This document shows, one piece after another, positions 43,571 through 55,613 of a stretch of DNA of 64,000 bases. The notes beneath the pieces were generated by a model. It was not told where the DNA came from. It made no database searches and saw only the letters and a program-made list of their open reading frames with translations. A program made the translations under genes and the position numbers. This DNA comes from Dendrobates tinctorius. Lineage: Eukaryota. Numbering within the stretch: position 1 is the stretch's first letter; every line of letters starts with the position of its first letter. The stretch spans positions 33,790,001 through 33,854,000 of the forward strand of contig NW_027361673.1 of assembly GCF_039654945.1 (NCBI RefSeq), written 5' to 3'.

Positions 43571-43952
43571 CTAACTCCAACCCTAACCCCAACACACCCC
43601 TAACCACAGCCCTAACCCCAACCCTAATCCCAACCCTAACCATAACCCTAACTCCAACACACCCCTAACCCTAATTCCAACCCTAACCCTAATTCCAACC
43701 CTAACCCTAGCCCTAACCCTAATTCCACTCTAACCCTAATTCCACCCTAACCCTAATTCCAACCCTAACCCTAATTCCAACCCTAATTCCAACCATAACC
43801 CTAATTCCAACCCTAACCCTAATTCCACTCTAACCCTAATTCCACCCTAACACTAATTCCAACCCTAACCCTAATTCCAACCCTAACCCTAATTCCAACC
43901 ATAACCCTAATTCCAACCCTAGCCCCAACCCTCTTTCCAACCCTAACCCTAA
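43571..43952 (+). repeat. Telomere-like tract of ccctaa interleaved with ttccaa (18-bp unit ccctaaccctaattccaa)
   Basis: Direct reading; CCCTAA is the complement of the vertebrate telomeric TTAGGG. Confidence 0.9.
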
Positions 43953-45056
43953 TGGAAAATAAAAATAATTTCTTTATTTTATTAGTTGTTCCTGCCTATG
44001 GGGGTGATAAACGGGGGGTTTATTTACTTTTCATTCTATTTTGATCACTGTGATAAACTCTCACAGTGATCAAAATAGAATGAATGAATCTGCAGCCAGC
44101 GGGCGCACTGCGCATGCGCCCGCTATTTTCCAAGACGGTGGCGCCCATGAAGCAGGACCGCGGGACACCGGGAGCAGGAGAGGGACATTGGAGGTACCGG
44201 GGGGGTTGGGGTGGGGGGGTCGGAAGGTGGGGAGTGCCTAGAGAAGGGGGAGGGGAGCAGATGATGACGGCGGCGGCACATTGCCGCCGTCAGTCGGTAT
44301 CGGGGGCCGATCGGCCCCGTGAGTCGTGGGGGGGGGGGTCGGATCACGGTCTCCAGCCATGTCCGATGCTACTGCAGCATAGGCCATGGCTGGATTGTAA
44401 TATTTCATCAATTTTCATTGATAAAATATTACTATCGCTCCGATTGGCTGTTTCACTTTTAACAGCCATTCAGAGCGATCGTAGCCACGTGGGGGCGAAG
44501 CCATGCCCCCTGTGGTGAAGAACAAAGCCCCCTGTATCTGCGGGTCCGATGACCTTTCAGTGACCCCGGTCACCCGACCCGCAGGGGGGCTTTAAAGTCA
44601 TGACGCTACATAGGCGTCATGGGTCGTTTTGGCACGACTTTTCATGACGCCTATGTGACGTCAAAGGTCGTGAAGGGGTTAAAGGGGTTAACCACTACCA
44701 TTATATTGATTACCTATCCATAGGATAGATTATTAAAAAAATAAGATCATAAGGGTCTGACACCCAGCAACATTACCGATCAGCCTTTACAAGATCCAGC
44801 CACACCCTGCTTGGATACTGCAAATCAGCTCCTTATCAAATTAATAATCATGAAAGTTCTTCTAGTCAAAATGTAATATTGTGCAACAAATAATGGACTT
44901 CACAGGTAAAAGCAATAACTTGTGTTTGAAGCAAAGTGTTGCAATCATACTGTTAAAAAAACATAACTACAATAACTACCATTCTCTGAAAACAAACAAA
45001 AAAAAAAAAAACACATTTCCAAAATTTAATTGAAACAAGAAAACATTAAATCTTAC

Positions 45057-45134
45057 CTTAACTAAACAATTTGTATGCCCAGGGACAGAACCATTGACGT
45101 ATATGATGTTGTGTTTCGTATTCACTCTCCACAC
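45057..45134 (-). CDS. mrpl3: mrpl3 penultimate exon (78 nt), [26 protein letters not shown]
   Basis: Near-identical to the vertebrate MRPL3 segment as I recall it ([26 protein letters not shown]); acceptor cttttaattag|, donor |gtaaga. Confidence 0.96.
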
Positions 45135-45246
45135 CTAATTAAAAGAATAATACACAAATATTTTGATGGAAACTGAAAAAGGTTGCATTTTGGAGGACAC
45201 TTTTTATTAAAACTGACCATGAAATCTTAACTAGAGAACAACGGAC

Positions 45247-45324
45247 CTTAAGTGCATAAGAAGTCCTGTAGAAGTTTCCCAACGGACCAGGCATTTTTGT
45301 ACCAGGGAAAACACGAGCTGGATT
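45247..45324 (-). CDS. mrpl3: mrpl3 internal coding exon (78 nt), NPARVFPGTKMPGPLGNFYRTSYALK
   Basis: Matches the uL3 RV.PGTKMPG.MGN motif; acceptor tttttctcaacag|, donor |gtccgt; 26 codons in frame. Confidence 0.95.
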
Positions 45325-45794
45325 CTGTTGAGAAAAACATGAATGCATTCACTTAGAAAGTTCTTCAAAAATCAAATTTATATAAAAATAAAGTTTGTAT
45401 TGATTATTCACTACTAAAATTATGGAGCAGCTAGCAAACGTGATAAATTGTTAAAATTGTCATGGTCACATGAATGCGTGCACAATTCGTATCAATTTAA
45501 TTTTTTTTTTTTTTAAATAAAGTTCACTGAAGGATAACAACATTACACAATTGTTATAAAATAAGGAGTGACATTACTCCTTAGAATACCTGTCGAAGAA
45601 TTCTTACCTAGCTAAATCAGACCTCCTTGCTTTGCAATGATGAAGGGCAAACACCCCCAAAACATTTGTACCCAAGTGTAGTTTCTGGTCTGCCTTTGTA
45701 TCCTAAGTCATGTGGCAAAGCTCACTAAAGGGTTGAAATTGATTTTCCAAATTGCTACTTCCAGGAGGTGGAACTGGAGTTTCACTACTCTGCC

Positions 45795-47498
45795 TCTGTA
45801 TGTTAGGAAAGGGTATATCTCAACAGAGATCCAAGCTTCAGAGAATGGTAGCTCTGTAGCAACTGTTGGGTATGAACACAAGGAGAGAAGAACAGAAAGG
45901 ACACTATTGAAGGTGTTTACTATAGACCACCTGGACAGACTGAAGATATGGACAAACTATTTTTGCATAAGAGGTCTTTGTACTCAAAAAAGTACAGCAT
46001 AGTGATCATGGGAGATTTTAATTATCCAGATATTTGTTGGGAAACGCTCTCAGGCAAAAGTAATGGGTCCAGGAAATTCTTGATCTCTTGTTGACAAGAA
46101 GGAAACAATGGAAGCATTTAAAGAGACCAGGATGGATGAACACAGAACTTAAACACTTGCTAAAAAGGAAAAAAAGAAATGTATATCAAATGGAATGAGG
46201 AGGGCATATCTAAAGAAGAATATAATGCTGTCTGCAGGGAACACAGGGCAAGTGTTAGAAGAGCTAAAGCCAGTAATGAAGCGAGGCTTGCAAGGGAGAC
46301 AAAAGCAATATAAAAGGATTTGAGGAGTATATAAAAAAAATTAAGATCCTATAGGATTTTAATGCAAAGAGTGAAGTGGTAATGTTGACAAGGCCAAACT
46401 TTTACATTTCTATTTTGCATCTGTGTTGTCTAAGGCCGGTTTCACACTAGCGCTTTTTCAGCGCGCGCACGGCCGGGGGTAGCTCCGCCCCCGAGCCGGC
46501 TCTCTGCCCGGCGTGCCCGCCCCTTCCTTGTAGCGCCGCCTCCTAGCGGACAGCGGCGCCTGCGATCGGCGCACCCTATCTTTAGCATAGGGTGCGCCGA
46601 TCGTGCGCAGGCCGTGCGCTAGTTGCGCTTTGACCTGCGCTGCGCACTTTTGACGGTGCGCCGTGCGCGCCAAAATCCGAAAAGTTTGATTTTGGCGCGC
46701 ACGGCGCACCGTCAAAAGTGCGCAGCGCAGGTCAAAGCGCAACTAGCGCACGGCCTGCGCACGATCGGCGCACCCTATGCTAAAGATAGGGTGCGCCGAT
46801 CGCAGGCGCCGCTGTCCGCTAGGAGGCGGCGCTACAAGGAAGGGGCGGGCACGCCGGGCAGAGAGCCGGATCGGGGGCGGAGCTACCCCCGGCCGTGCGC
46901 GCGCTGAAAATGCGCTAATGTGAAACCGGCCTTAGAGAGTAATTGCAACATCAACTGGTCTTCATGGTGCTATCGAAATAAAAGAATCCACACAACCTAT
47001 AAACAGAGAGATGATGAGGGAACACATTAGCTAAATTTAAATGAATTTAAATCTCCTGGTCCAGATGAATTACATCCTAGGGTACTGAAAGAGTTAGCAG
47101 GGGAAATTACAGAACCACCAGCCAAAATCTTTAAAAAATCCTGGAAAACAGGAGAAGTCCCAGAAAATTGGAGAAGGGCAAATGGTATGTCTATCTTTAA
47201 TAAAGGAAAGAAGAAGCCAGGAAATTACAGGCCAATGAGCCTTACTTCAATACCAGGAAAGATCTATGAACAAATTATTAAACAGCATGTAGGTAAGTAC
47301 TTGGATAAGAATGCATTAATTAACCAAAGCCAGCATGGATTTGTAGCAAACAAGCCATGCTAGACTACTCTAATTACCTTCTATGATGGAATCACTGACT
47401 GGGTGGACCAGGGAAATGCGGTAGATATAGTATATTTCAAATTTGATAAAGTATTTCATACTTTTCTTATTGAAAAAAATGATCTATGATTCTATGAT
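45795..47498 (+). mobile_element. Degenerate multiply deleted CR1 LINE, interrupted by the palindromic MITE
   Basis: Aligns by eye with 32925-34487 (GDFNYPDICW, KSPGPDELHPRVLKE, NYRPMSLTS); ends in tctatgattctatgat. Confidence 0.88.
46434..46931. mobile_element. 498-bp near-perfect palindromic (foldback) Harbinger-type MITE
   Basis: 244-bp arms 46434-46677 and 46688-46931, 10-nt spacer, 3 mismatches counted by eye; termini ggccggtttcaca; flanks taa / tta. Confidence 0.92.
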
Positions 47499-47722
47499 AT
47501 TCCTTAGATCCCCTGTTAAAGGCCACTCACCCAGCCAAATCAAACTTCCTGTTTTGCACTAATTAGGGGCAAAGATCCTTAAGCAGGTGTCTGCAAATGA
47601 AGTGTCTGTTTTTTTTTTTAAAATCATGAATAATGTGTTAATATGGTGAGAGGGGCCCGTTCCAAATCTCGCACCAGGGCCCATCAGACTTTAGTTATAC
47701 CACTGTTTACAACAGTACTTGA

Positions 47723-48086
47723 AGGGAATCTGTCACCTCATTCATGCTGCCCAAACTGTGGGAGATTATGCTGCAGCTTCAAGCAACTCTACAGTCACAC
47801 AGCTCAGTAGTGCTGTGTAATTTGTTTCATGCCATTTGCCAATTCTGTCTTTGTGATACACAGAGAAAAAAGAGATTTTCCTCTGTCACTGTGTACGATA
47901 TATATCATAGTAACTTGTCTTCCACTAATTCAGTGAGAAGTAAAAATAATAAAGCCCACAGTGGGTAAATTTCGTGGAAAATGCAGGAAACAGGCATATA
48001 ATGGCCAGAAGTAAAGTTTTTCCTTGTGTATACACACACACATACGATAGCTTATTTAAAAAAAATTCTGAAATGACAGGTATGCT
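47723..48086. mobile_element. Degenerate Kolobok/T2-type MITE
   Basis: agggaatctgtcacc ... tgacaggtatgct|ttaa. Confidence 0.5.
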
Positions 48087-48285
48087 TTAAAGGTGTACCT
48101 TGGGGAGATTAAAAAAAAAAATGTTTGTACTGGCCCTGCCCTCGAGCTATAAAGATTAAATACCCAGTGCAATTCTATTATCTACAGAACACTTGTAATT
48201 CCATGTGACAGAAGCTGCTCCTCACAGCTCCCCCCTCAAATCCTGGACAATAAGTCACACACCAGTGTTCATCTCCCTACTGTAA

Positions 48286-48639
48286 GGGCCCCGTTACATT
48301 TAGCGATGCACCAGCGATCCCGACAACGATATGACCCGTCAGGATCACTGGTGCATCACTAAATGGTCGCTAGTGAGCTGCCAAACAGGCAGATCGCAGC
48401 AGCGGTCGTTACTTACCTATCAGACGCGGCGATGATGACGTCCTCCGCCCGCGTCGCTAGTCAACGCCAGCAGTAAGCTGCCGCCGAGAAACGGCCCAGG
48501 ACGTTCTCGCGCGATCAGCGATAGCCAGCGGTGGAGCCGGTCGGAGGTAAGTATCACATGTAGTGATATCGCTAGCAATATCGCTGCTGCGTCACAAAAT
48601 CGGTGACGCTTTAGCGATATCGCTATGTGTAAAGCCCCC
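48286..48639. mobile_element. Harbinger-type MITE
   Basis: taa|gggccccgttacatttagcgat ... atcgctatgtgtaaagccccc|tta; related to 55237-55613. Confidence 0.8.
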
Positions 48640-49258
48640 TTAACAGCCAGTCTAAGGTGAGGGGGGCATGGCCACCCTCCCTGTTCTTTACATAGAAACA
48701 TCTATTATCAGGAGACCTGATGACAGTAACAGCAGGGAGCTTCACACTGATATAACGTCTTAAACAGTTGGGGTGAACAGTGAAGAGCAGCTCTTTTCAC
48801 ATCAACCCCTCCCTGGCTGACCCCCACCCTCCCCGATGTCTAGTAGCAGCCAGCCCCCTGATAGAAAATATCCACTGCAGGGCTACTAACAGGGAGCAGG
48901 CCGTGCTCCCACCACCACCCCCCGGACTGAAGACAAGGAGGCTATCACGGGGCGATGTGCTCCTTATAATATCTGTGGCCATGACACCTCTTCTCGGACT
49001 GACTATTAATCACAGTGGAGAGCTTCACACTGCTGTACAACATAATGTCCCAGACAGGAAGGGGGAGCAGTAAGGAGTAGCTCCTGTTACACAGAATTAC
49101 AAGTGTTATAAAGATAATAGAAGGGCACTGGGCAGGTCATGTTTATAGTTTATGAGGACAGGGACAGTACAATTTTTTTTTTCATCTCCCCTTCAATAAG
49201 TAAAAAAAAAAAAAAAAAAAAAAGCATATTATCCCCCATACACCATCAGACTTATTTA

Positions 49259-49408
<150 letters not shown>

Positions 49409-52050
49409 TCAGTTATGTTTTAGAATAAAAAAATTGTAACCATAACACGTTAGTATATATCTGAGATTAATTACACAGTGTCGCGAAATTGTTCTGGATT
49501 TAGATGACAAAAAGTACCTATACAGTGCAGTTTATCCCAAATTCACATGGAAAATAGTTAGCAAAAATGATTCAGTTATGTACTTCAGAAATAAAATTTA
49601 TGTTACAGAAAACAAGTCCTAAAAACGGAGAAATAAAAAATTGCTTTTGGAATACGATGATGACGTAAACGAGAACATCACTTGGTTCTTAATCTTAGCA
49701 CAAAATGACGTACATTTGAGCTGCAGTTAGAATGTGTGGATAGGGTTAAGGAGTTGAGCTACATATACATGCGGTAGATGCAGGCTATGTTACAGAGCCA
49801 ACATGTGTCTGACAGAAGACACAGGTCCTGAGCTTTTAACAATTTAAATACCACAGTCAACCAATGATAGTGGCATTTAAATGAAATTGCTGACGCGCTA
49901 CAGCACATCAGCCCTCAACGACACGATCGCGGTGCACAGATGAATTGTCATGGCAGTCAGCGATCTACTAAAGGATCCTGTCACTGTCATCTTGGTACTG
50001 ATGTGAAGCTCAGCCATATATGCAGTATAAGTAATCAGACAAAGATTTTAGTCCCCTAAGTTGACTTAAAATAAAGGGAAAAAAAGAATAATGTCAAAAA
50101 TATAAAAAAAATTTAAGGAAATCCGTCACCAGGTTTTTGCCACCTAATCCGAGAACAGCATAATGTAGAGACAAATACTCTGATTCCAGCGATGCGTCGC
50201 TTACTGGGCTGTTTGTTGTAGTTTTAATAATCTGCTGTTGATTATACAGTGTATCACTAGCGTACTTGTGAACCTGCTGGAATGTAGTCTACCATATTCA
50301 AGAGCTCTGTTTAACCCTATCTCTGATTGCCAGCATTCTGCGTATACTGTGCATAGGCAGAAAGTTGTGAATCAGAAGTGTGTGGGTGGGGCTATACAGA
50401 GCTCAGCAATCAGAGATCTGGTAGATCTGCAGCAGAGAAAATTGTAGCATGCAGACTGCCGTGTAATACATCACTAGACTTAAAAAAACAAAACAAAACA
50501 AAAAAAAACACAACACGTGTTGAGTCTCTGGTCTATTAAAATCTAAAATACAGTAAAAGTAGAGAGACAAGAAATCAAATGCCAAATGATAGCTTTTTTA
50601 GACATCACTCCATCCTAAATGTAATGCAAAACAATCAAAACGTCATAAGATGTAACTAAATTGGTTGGGGGAGTGCATCTATAAGTTTGCAGGAAAGTTG
50701 CAGAGTTACTTGTACTAGAGCTTGAGATTTCTTTCTAGTTTTGCGTTTCAATATTCACCATTGTGAAATATTCCTACTATGGAAGAAACTACAACTGGCT
50801 GGTAGGAAACTGTCCCAAAGGCGGAGTCAGTTTATTAGTGACCATTTACAAACAATTGCTGTGCCCAATAACTAGGTAATCAGAAAATCTGACTGTTTCT
50901 CAGGTGCATATAAGCTGGCATCAGGTGCCATAAATTAGGTCAGTGACATAGCATGCAGCATTTAATTGTTCACTGTAACATTACAAATGCGTTGTACGTA
51001 TCTGCTTTGTTCTGAAGCCTGTACTGTAATGGAGCAGTGCTGAACAGCAGTAAAATGCCAATTAGGGCACGCCGCGACCAAGGTTCTTTACTGCTGCTTC
51101 GGTAAATATATGGATGTATTCTAGCAGGCATGATGCCCACTGGGAGAGCTCACCTGATGATGCCAACCTAAGCAGAGAAAGTGCTCATTATATAATGGCA
51201 CACAGAGCGGAGAAAGCTGGATGTCCTCAATTAATTGGATCTCTCTGTGGCTTTCTTCCTTTATTGTATGCTAAACATGCACTATATGTTTCGGTTTTTA
51301 GAATAATTCATATATACACTAACACTGATTAATTTGTCAATGTGATTAATTTGTTAATGTGAACCTACAAAGATTCAAAGTCTAAAAAAAATGGGGGAAA
51401 AAAAACCCAAGACCGTCTGTATTCCATTTCTGAAAAACCTGAATGACAACCAATATGGCAGGAATGCCTGTCTCCCAGCCTTCCAAGACCCTTTTCAGGT
51501 ATCCGTTTTTCATGTCCTCTCCCCTTTTACATGGATGAGGAAACCACAGTTTTGGTGGCGATACACATGGGGTCCTCATTTCCTCATCTTATTATTGTCT
51601 ACCTCACTGGTTCTTTGGTTTTTACACTGTCATTTATTTTCTAAATGCTTTATGCTCATTTGAACTGGTGAATGGGTTGCACTGGCACTCTCTCATTTTC
51701 TATTATTACTTCTTTTCTGTGGGAGTTATTTAAGGTAATTATTTTTATTTGTGGTTATTAGACTTTGATATTGTCCTTTTCATGTCAGGTTAACCATCAC
51801 TTCATGATGTTAGAACATTTCTACTGATAGATGTGTTAGTTAAGTATTCAACATATCCTGTTTATTGCACTTACTTTGGCAGATGAGGATAAGTGTTTGC
51901 TCTATTGGGGGCACACCTAGTTTTGTAAATGTAGCCTATTGGCATTTTTATTGTTTTTATACTTTTGTCTTGTCATACCAATAAAAATAAGATTAGGAGC
52001 ATACATGCTACTTAAGATTGCCAGATTTACTAACTGGTGTGCTACTCTTA

Positions 52051-52395
52051 GGGTATGTGCACACGATGCGGATTCTGCTGCGGTTCCGCAGCGTTTCTGC
52101 ACCTGCGGGTCCGCAGCAGATTCTGCTGCGCTGTACAGTACCTTTATTTCCTATGGAAATAAAAAAAAGCTGTGCACATGCTGCGTTTTTTTCCGCGCGG
52201 TTTTGCTGCGGTTTACAAACCGCAGCATGTCAATTGTTTGGTGCAGAAACGCTGCAATTTTACACCTCATCCTTTATGAGGTGTAAAACCGCAGGGCAAG
52301 ACCGCAGATAAACCGCAGGACTTTTGTCCTGCGGATTTACCTGCGGTTTTCTCTACAAAATCCGCACCCCCAAAAAACTACGTGTGCACATAGCC
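52051..52395. mobile_element. Harbinger-type MITE
   Basis: tta|gggtatgtgcacacg ... cgtgtgcacatagcc|tta. Confidence 0.85.
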
Positions 52396-52399
52396 TTAA

Positions 52400-53843
52400 A
52401 GTGAACCTGTCAGCAGGATTGTGCACAGTAACCTACACAGTGTCAGGTTGGCGCCTTTATACTGAATAAAATGATACCTTGGTTGATGAAATCCGTCTTG
52501 AGGCTGATACTTAGGGTGTGTGCACCGCTTACAAGAAGCATCCCATTCATTTTAATGAATTCTGCACTTTTTGTGCATATTGATTAGTATTTTCCGCGAA
52601 AAAAACTCACTGCGGTAAAAAACGGAAAAATCCACATTTCTAACTATTTTCTATGAGATTGGGGATGCTCCGGGAAAAAAAACATAAAAAACACGCAAAG
52701 ATTGCACGGAAAACGTGTGGAAAAACAAAAACGCGTTTTCTGGGAAGGAGTCCGGTTTTCAGTCAGGAATTTTCTGCATACGTGGGTACATAGCCTCAAT
52801 CTTTATTTTCAGTTTTGATCCCTCACTGACCTGCCCCCTAGTTAACATAATATACATAGTGAAAAAATAAAAACCTTTCTGTAGGCAGGTGCCAGACGTG
52901 GCATCTGCGCTGCAGCATAATGGCATGCATACTATGTTTATAATTATTATGGCTTAGGTTTATCATGATATTTAAAAAAAACAAACTTCCAATTGAAAAT
53001 GTCACCAGCCGTGCCTGCGCAGTAGCTGCTGTCAGTGTACATAAAGGTGATTCAATAGGTGCTACTGCGCATGCGGCAAAATCTTGCTAGAGAAATAAAA
53101 AAATTCTTCCTCCAAGATTTGCAACTGGAATATTTCGTTCAATGATATCTAGGATGTGGTATTTTAGTGTTCCCTTTATTTTTTTGAGCGGTGTAGATCT
53201 CCCTGAGAATCTGACTCCAGAGCTTATTTAACACATTACCAGTTAGAAGTGCAATGGCTAGAACACGGATTTCTTATGGAAGTCAGTTGCAATGTTCGGA
53301 GTTCCGGGAGAGAGGGAGAACAAACTCAAAAGTTAAGGTCCCCATTGTTTTCAATGGGGTTCAGGTTCTGGTTTAAGTACAACTGAACTTTGGAATAAAG
53401 TTTGGGTGGGGTACAAGAACCCGAACTTCCATAGGTCTGCTCATCCCTAGTAATGGCCGCTCTCCTGATCTCAATGCAGAGCTGTGTGTGATTATAACGG
53501 ACACATCTGCAGTTTCCTCTCAGCTTCAGCCTCCATCTCACAGGCAGACAGGGTTACACTATTGCTGCAATAAAGAAGACATGTGAGAGCTGCAAAAATG
53601 TGTAATGAAACAAAGGTCAGTTCTGCTGTTCTGTGTTAGTTACTTGTCTCACACTGGTAACTCGCCCGTTTAATCAAAATAAGCACTGCAGGCGGATTCT
53701 CCCATAGTTCTTAACAGCTCGTTTAGATACGAGAAAAACAACGTTGGATCACAGATATCAAGGTATCATTTTATGCAGCTTCCCAAGACCTACATGTCCA
53801 TATAGATAACTTAGGAAGGTTGATACTACTGACAGATTCCCTT
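52400..53843. mobile_element. Kolobok/T2-type element containing a nested Harbinger MITE (~52514-52795) and a hAT-like fragment (ending ~53449)
   Basis: ttaa|agtgaacctgtcagcagg ... ctgacagattccct|ttac; nested termini visible. Confidence 0.6.
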
Positions 53844-54627
53844 TACAGGGAAAATATGAGCCGATTCATGCTGGCTGAATGACGGGCAGCATGAATCAGA
53901 GACCAGCTCTTGCGTTCTAAACATCTATATTTTAAACTGAAACAGCAGAGAAAAAACACAATTGAAACTAAAGTTGGGAACACGATAACTCGACAGCGAG
54001 ACAAGTCCACTTATGATCTCCTCAGACTGACAGGTCTCTCCCCCATCTGTATAGGAAAAGATCTGACAGAGTGGGCAGAGATCTGTCTTTGACTAATCAC
54101 GTTGTCCCCGGCCTCACTTTCCATTATGTTTCGGATATAGATGTTTTGAATGCAGGCGCCTCCGATTGATGGTGACAAAACGACCTTTCACAATAGCCGA
54201 TGGTTACACCTCACCTTCTCCTCCCCATCTGTACAATGACCGTTACCCAATTCAGATTCTGTAAGAACAGGAAGATTCAGCCTAATACCGTATTAGGCCT
54301 AATAGCTGGTGTGAAAATAGCAATATTTTTTTTACAATGACATTGAAAATTAAAAAAAAAAAAAAAAAAAAAAATGCATTTAACATTAAAACTTGACTGA
54401 TAGGTCTTTTTCAGATTAAACTTTTTTTTATATAAAATTCTGGATTATTCTTCATGATTGAAAAAATAAATTAGGATAATTAAAGTTTATATGTTGTGCC
54501 TTTTCAATACATTATTATATAATTATAACAACAATGGCATGGATATTATTTGAGTACAGGATCACTGCCATTTGATATACCATATGTATATCTACAATTA
54601 AACATGCAGTTTTATATCCGGCTCGAT

Positions 54628-54811
54628 CAGTGGTTCCCAAACTCCAGTCCTCGTGGACCCCACAGGTCATGTTTTCAGGATTTCCATAGTGTTACATATG
54701 TGAGAGAATTCCTGATGCCTTGATGATACTTCCATCACCTGTGAAATACTGAGGAAATCCTGAAAACATGACCTGTTGGGGTCCGTGAGGATTGGAGTTT
54801 GGGAACCACTG
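54628..54811. mobile_element. 184-bp palindromic hAT-type MITE
   Basis: cagtggttcccaaactcca ... tggagtttgggaaccactg; 8-bp TSD ggctcgat / ggctagat (1 mismatch). Confidence 0.88.
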
Positions 54812-55236
54812 GGCTAGATCAACAAGTATAATGACGACTCGTGTAGTTACAACAGATTAGATAACATTTGCTTAGAACAATGCCTCAAACTAAATATGAG
54901 ATATTAAAATCATTTGGAGACCAAATACAGAACAAAGGATTTTTCCTGCCATAAAATGACAGTCCGTGCCAGCCAAATCAGACGTCTCACTGCCAGTGCC
55001 AAGGCAAATATTTAACTTGGGGATAAACAAAGAAAAAAAAAGGACAAAAAAACAAAACAGCTACCAAAAGTGACTTGGTTATTCCAATTCATATAAAAAA
55101 CCACGTACTTTAACACAGGAGTAGTATTTACAAGTAAGCTCTGTGAGACAAAGTGATGAGGCTGAGAGATCATCTTTCAATAGGATTTCAGAGGACTCCA
55201 CACACAAGATCTAACAGTAGATAATGCCGAGTATTA

Positions 55237-55613
55237 GGGCCCCGTCACACATAGCGACTCACCAGCGATCCCGACAACGATATGAATTTGTCAGGATCGC
55301 TGGTATGTTGCTACATGATCGCTGGTGAGCTGCCAAACAGGCACCAGTGACGACGAGCGCGCGGCGTCACTGTGTACCTTAGATACCAGCGCGCTGGTGC
55401 AGGGAGCTGATAACCAAGGTAAACAGCGGGTTTCTAACAGCCGCGCGGCACTTAGAATCCCGCTGTTTACCTTGGTTACCAGCTCCAGCTCGCTGGTCTC
55501 CCGCCTGCCACATGCAGCGATGCGTGCTGGCCAGCGGGAGACCAACAATCAAAAAAATGTCCAGGCCATTCAAGGACGATCAGCTAGCGAGATCGCTGTG
55601 TGTGACGGGGGCT
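55237..55613. mobile_element. Harbinger-type MITE
   Basis: tta|gggccccgtcacacatagcga ... tcgctgtgtgtgacgggggct|tta; internal taaccaaggtaaacagcggg inverted pair. Confidence 0.82.

Larger units (their letters stand above)
40350..44678 (+). mobile_element. Long non-autonomous piggyBac-like element (copy 3, 4329 bp)
   Basis: ttaa|ccccttcatgacc ... ggtcgtgaagggg|ttaa (13-bp TIR, 1 mismatch); first ~600 bp homologous to copy 2; no transposase ORF. Confidence 0.88.

Noticed and set aside
43571-43952. True telomere or chromosome-fusion site
   Set aside because: Single orientation, degenerate, and at a homologous internal position of a transposon family
46458-46907. Twin 94-aa ORFs on opposite strands
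   Set aside because: Artefact of the GC-rich palindrome; no ATG start and no domain
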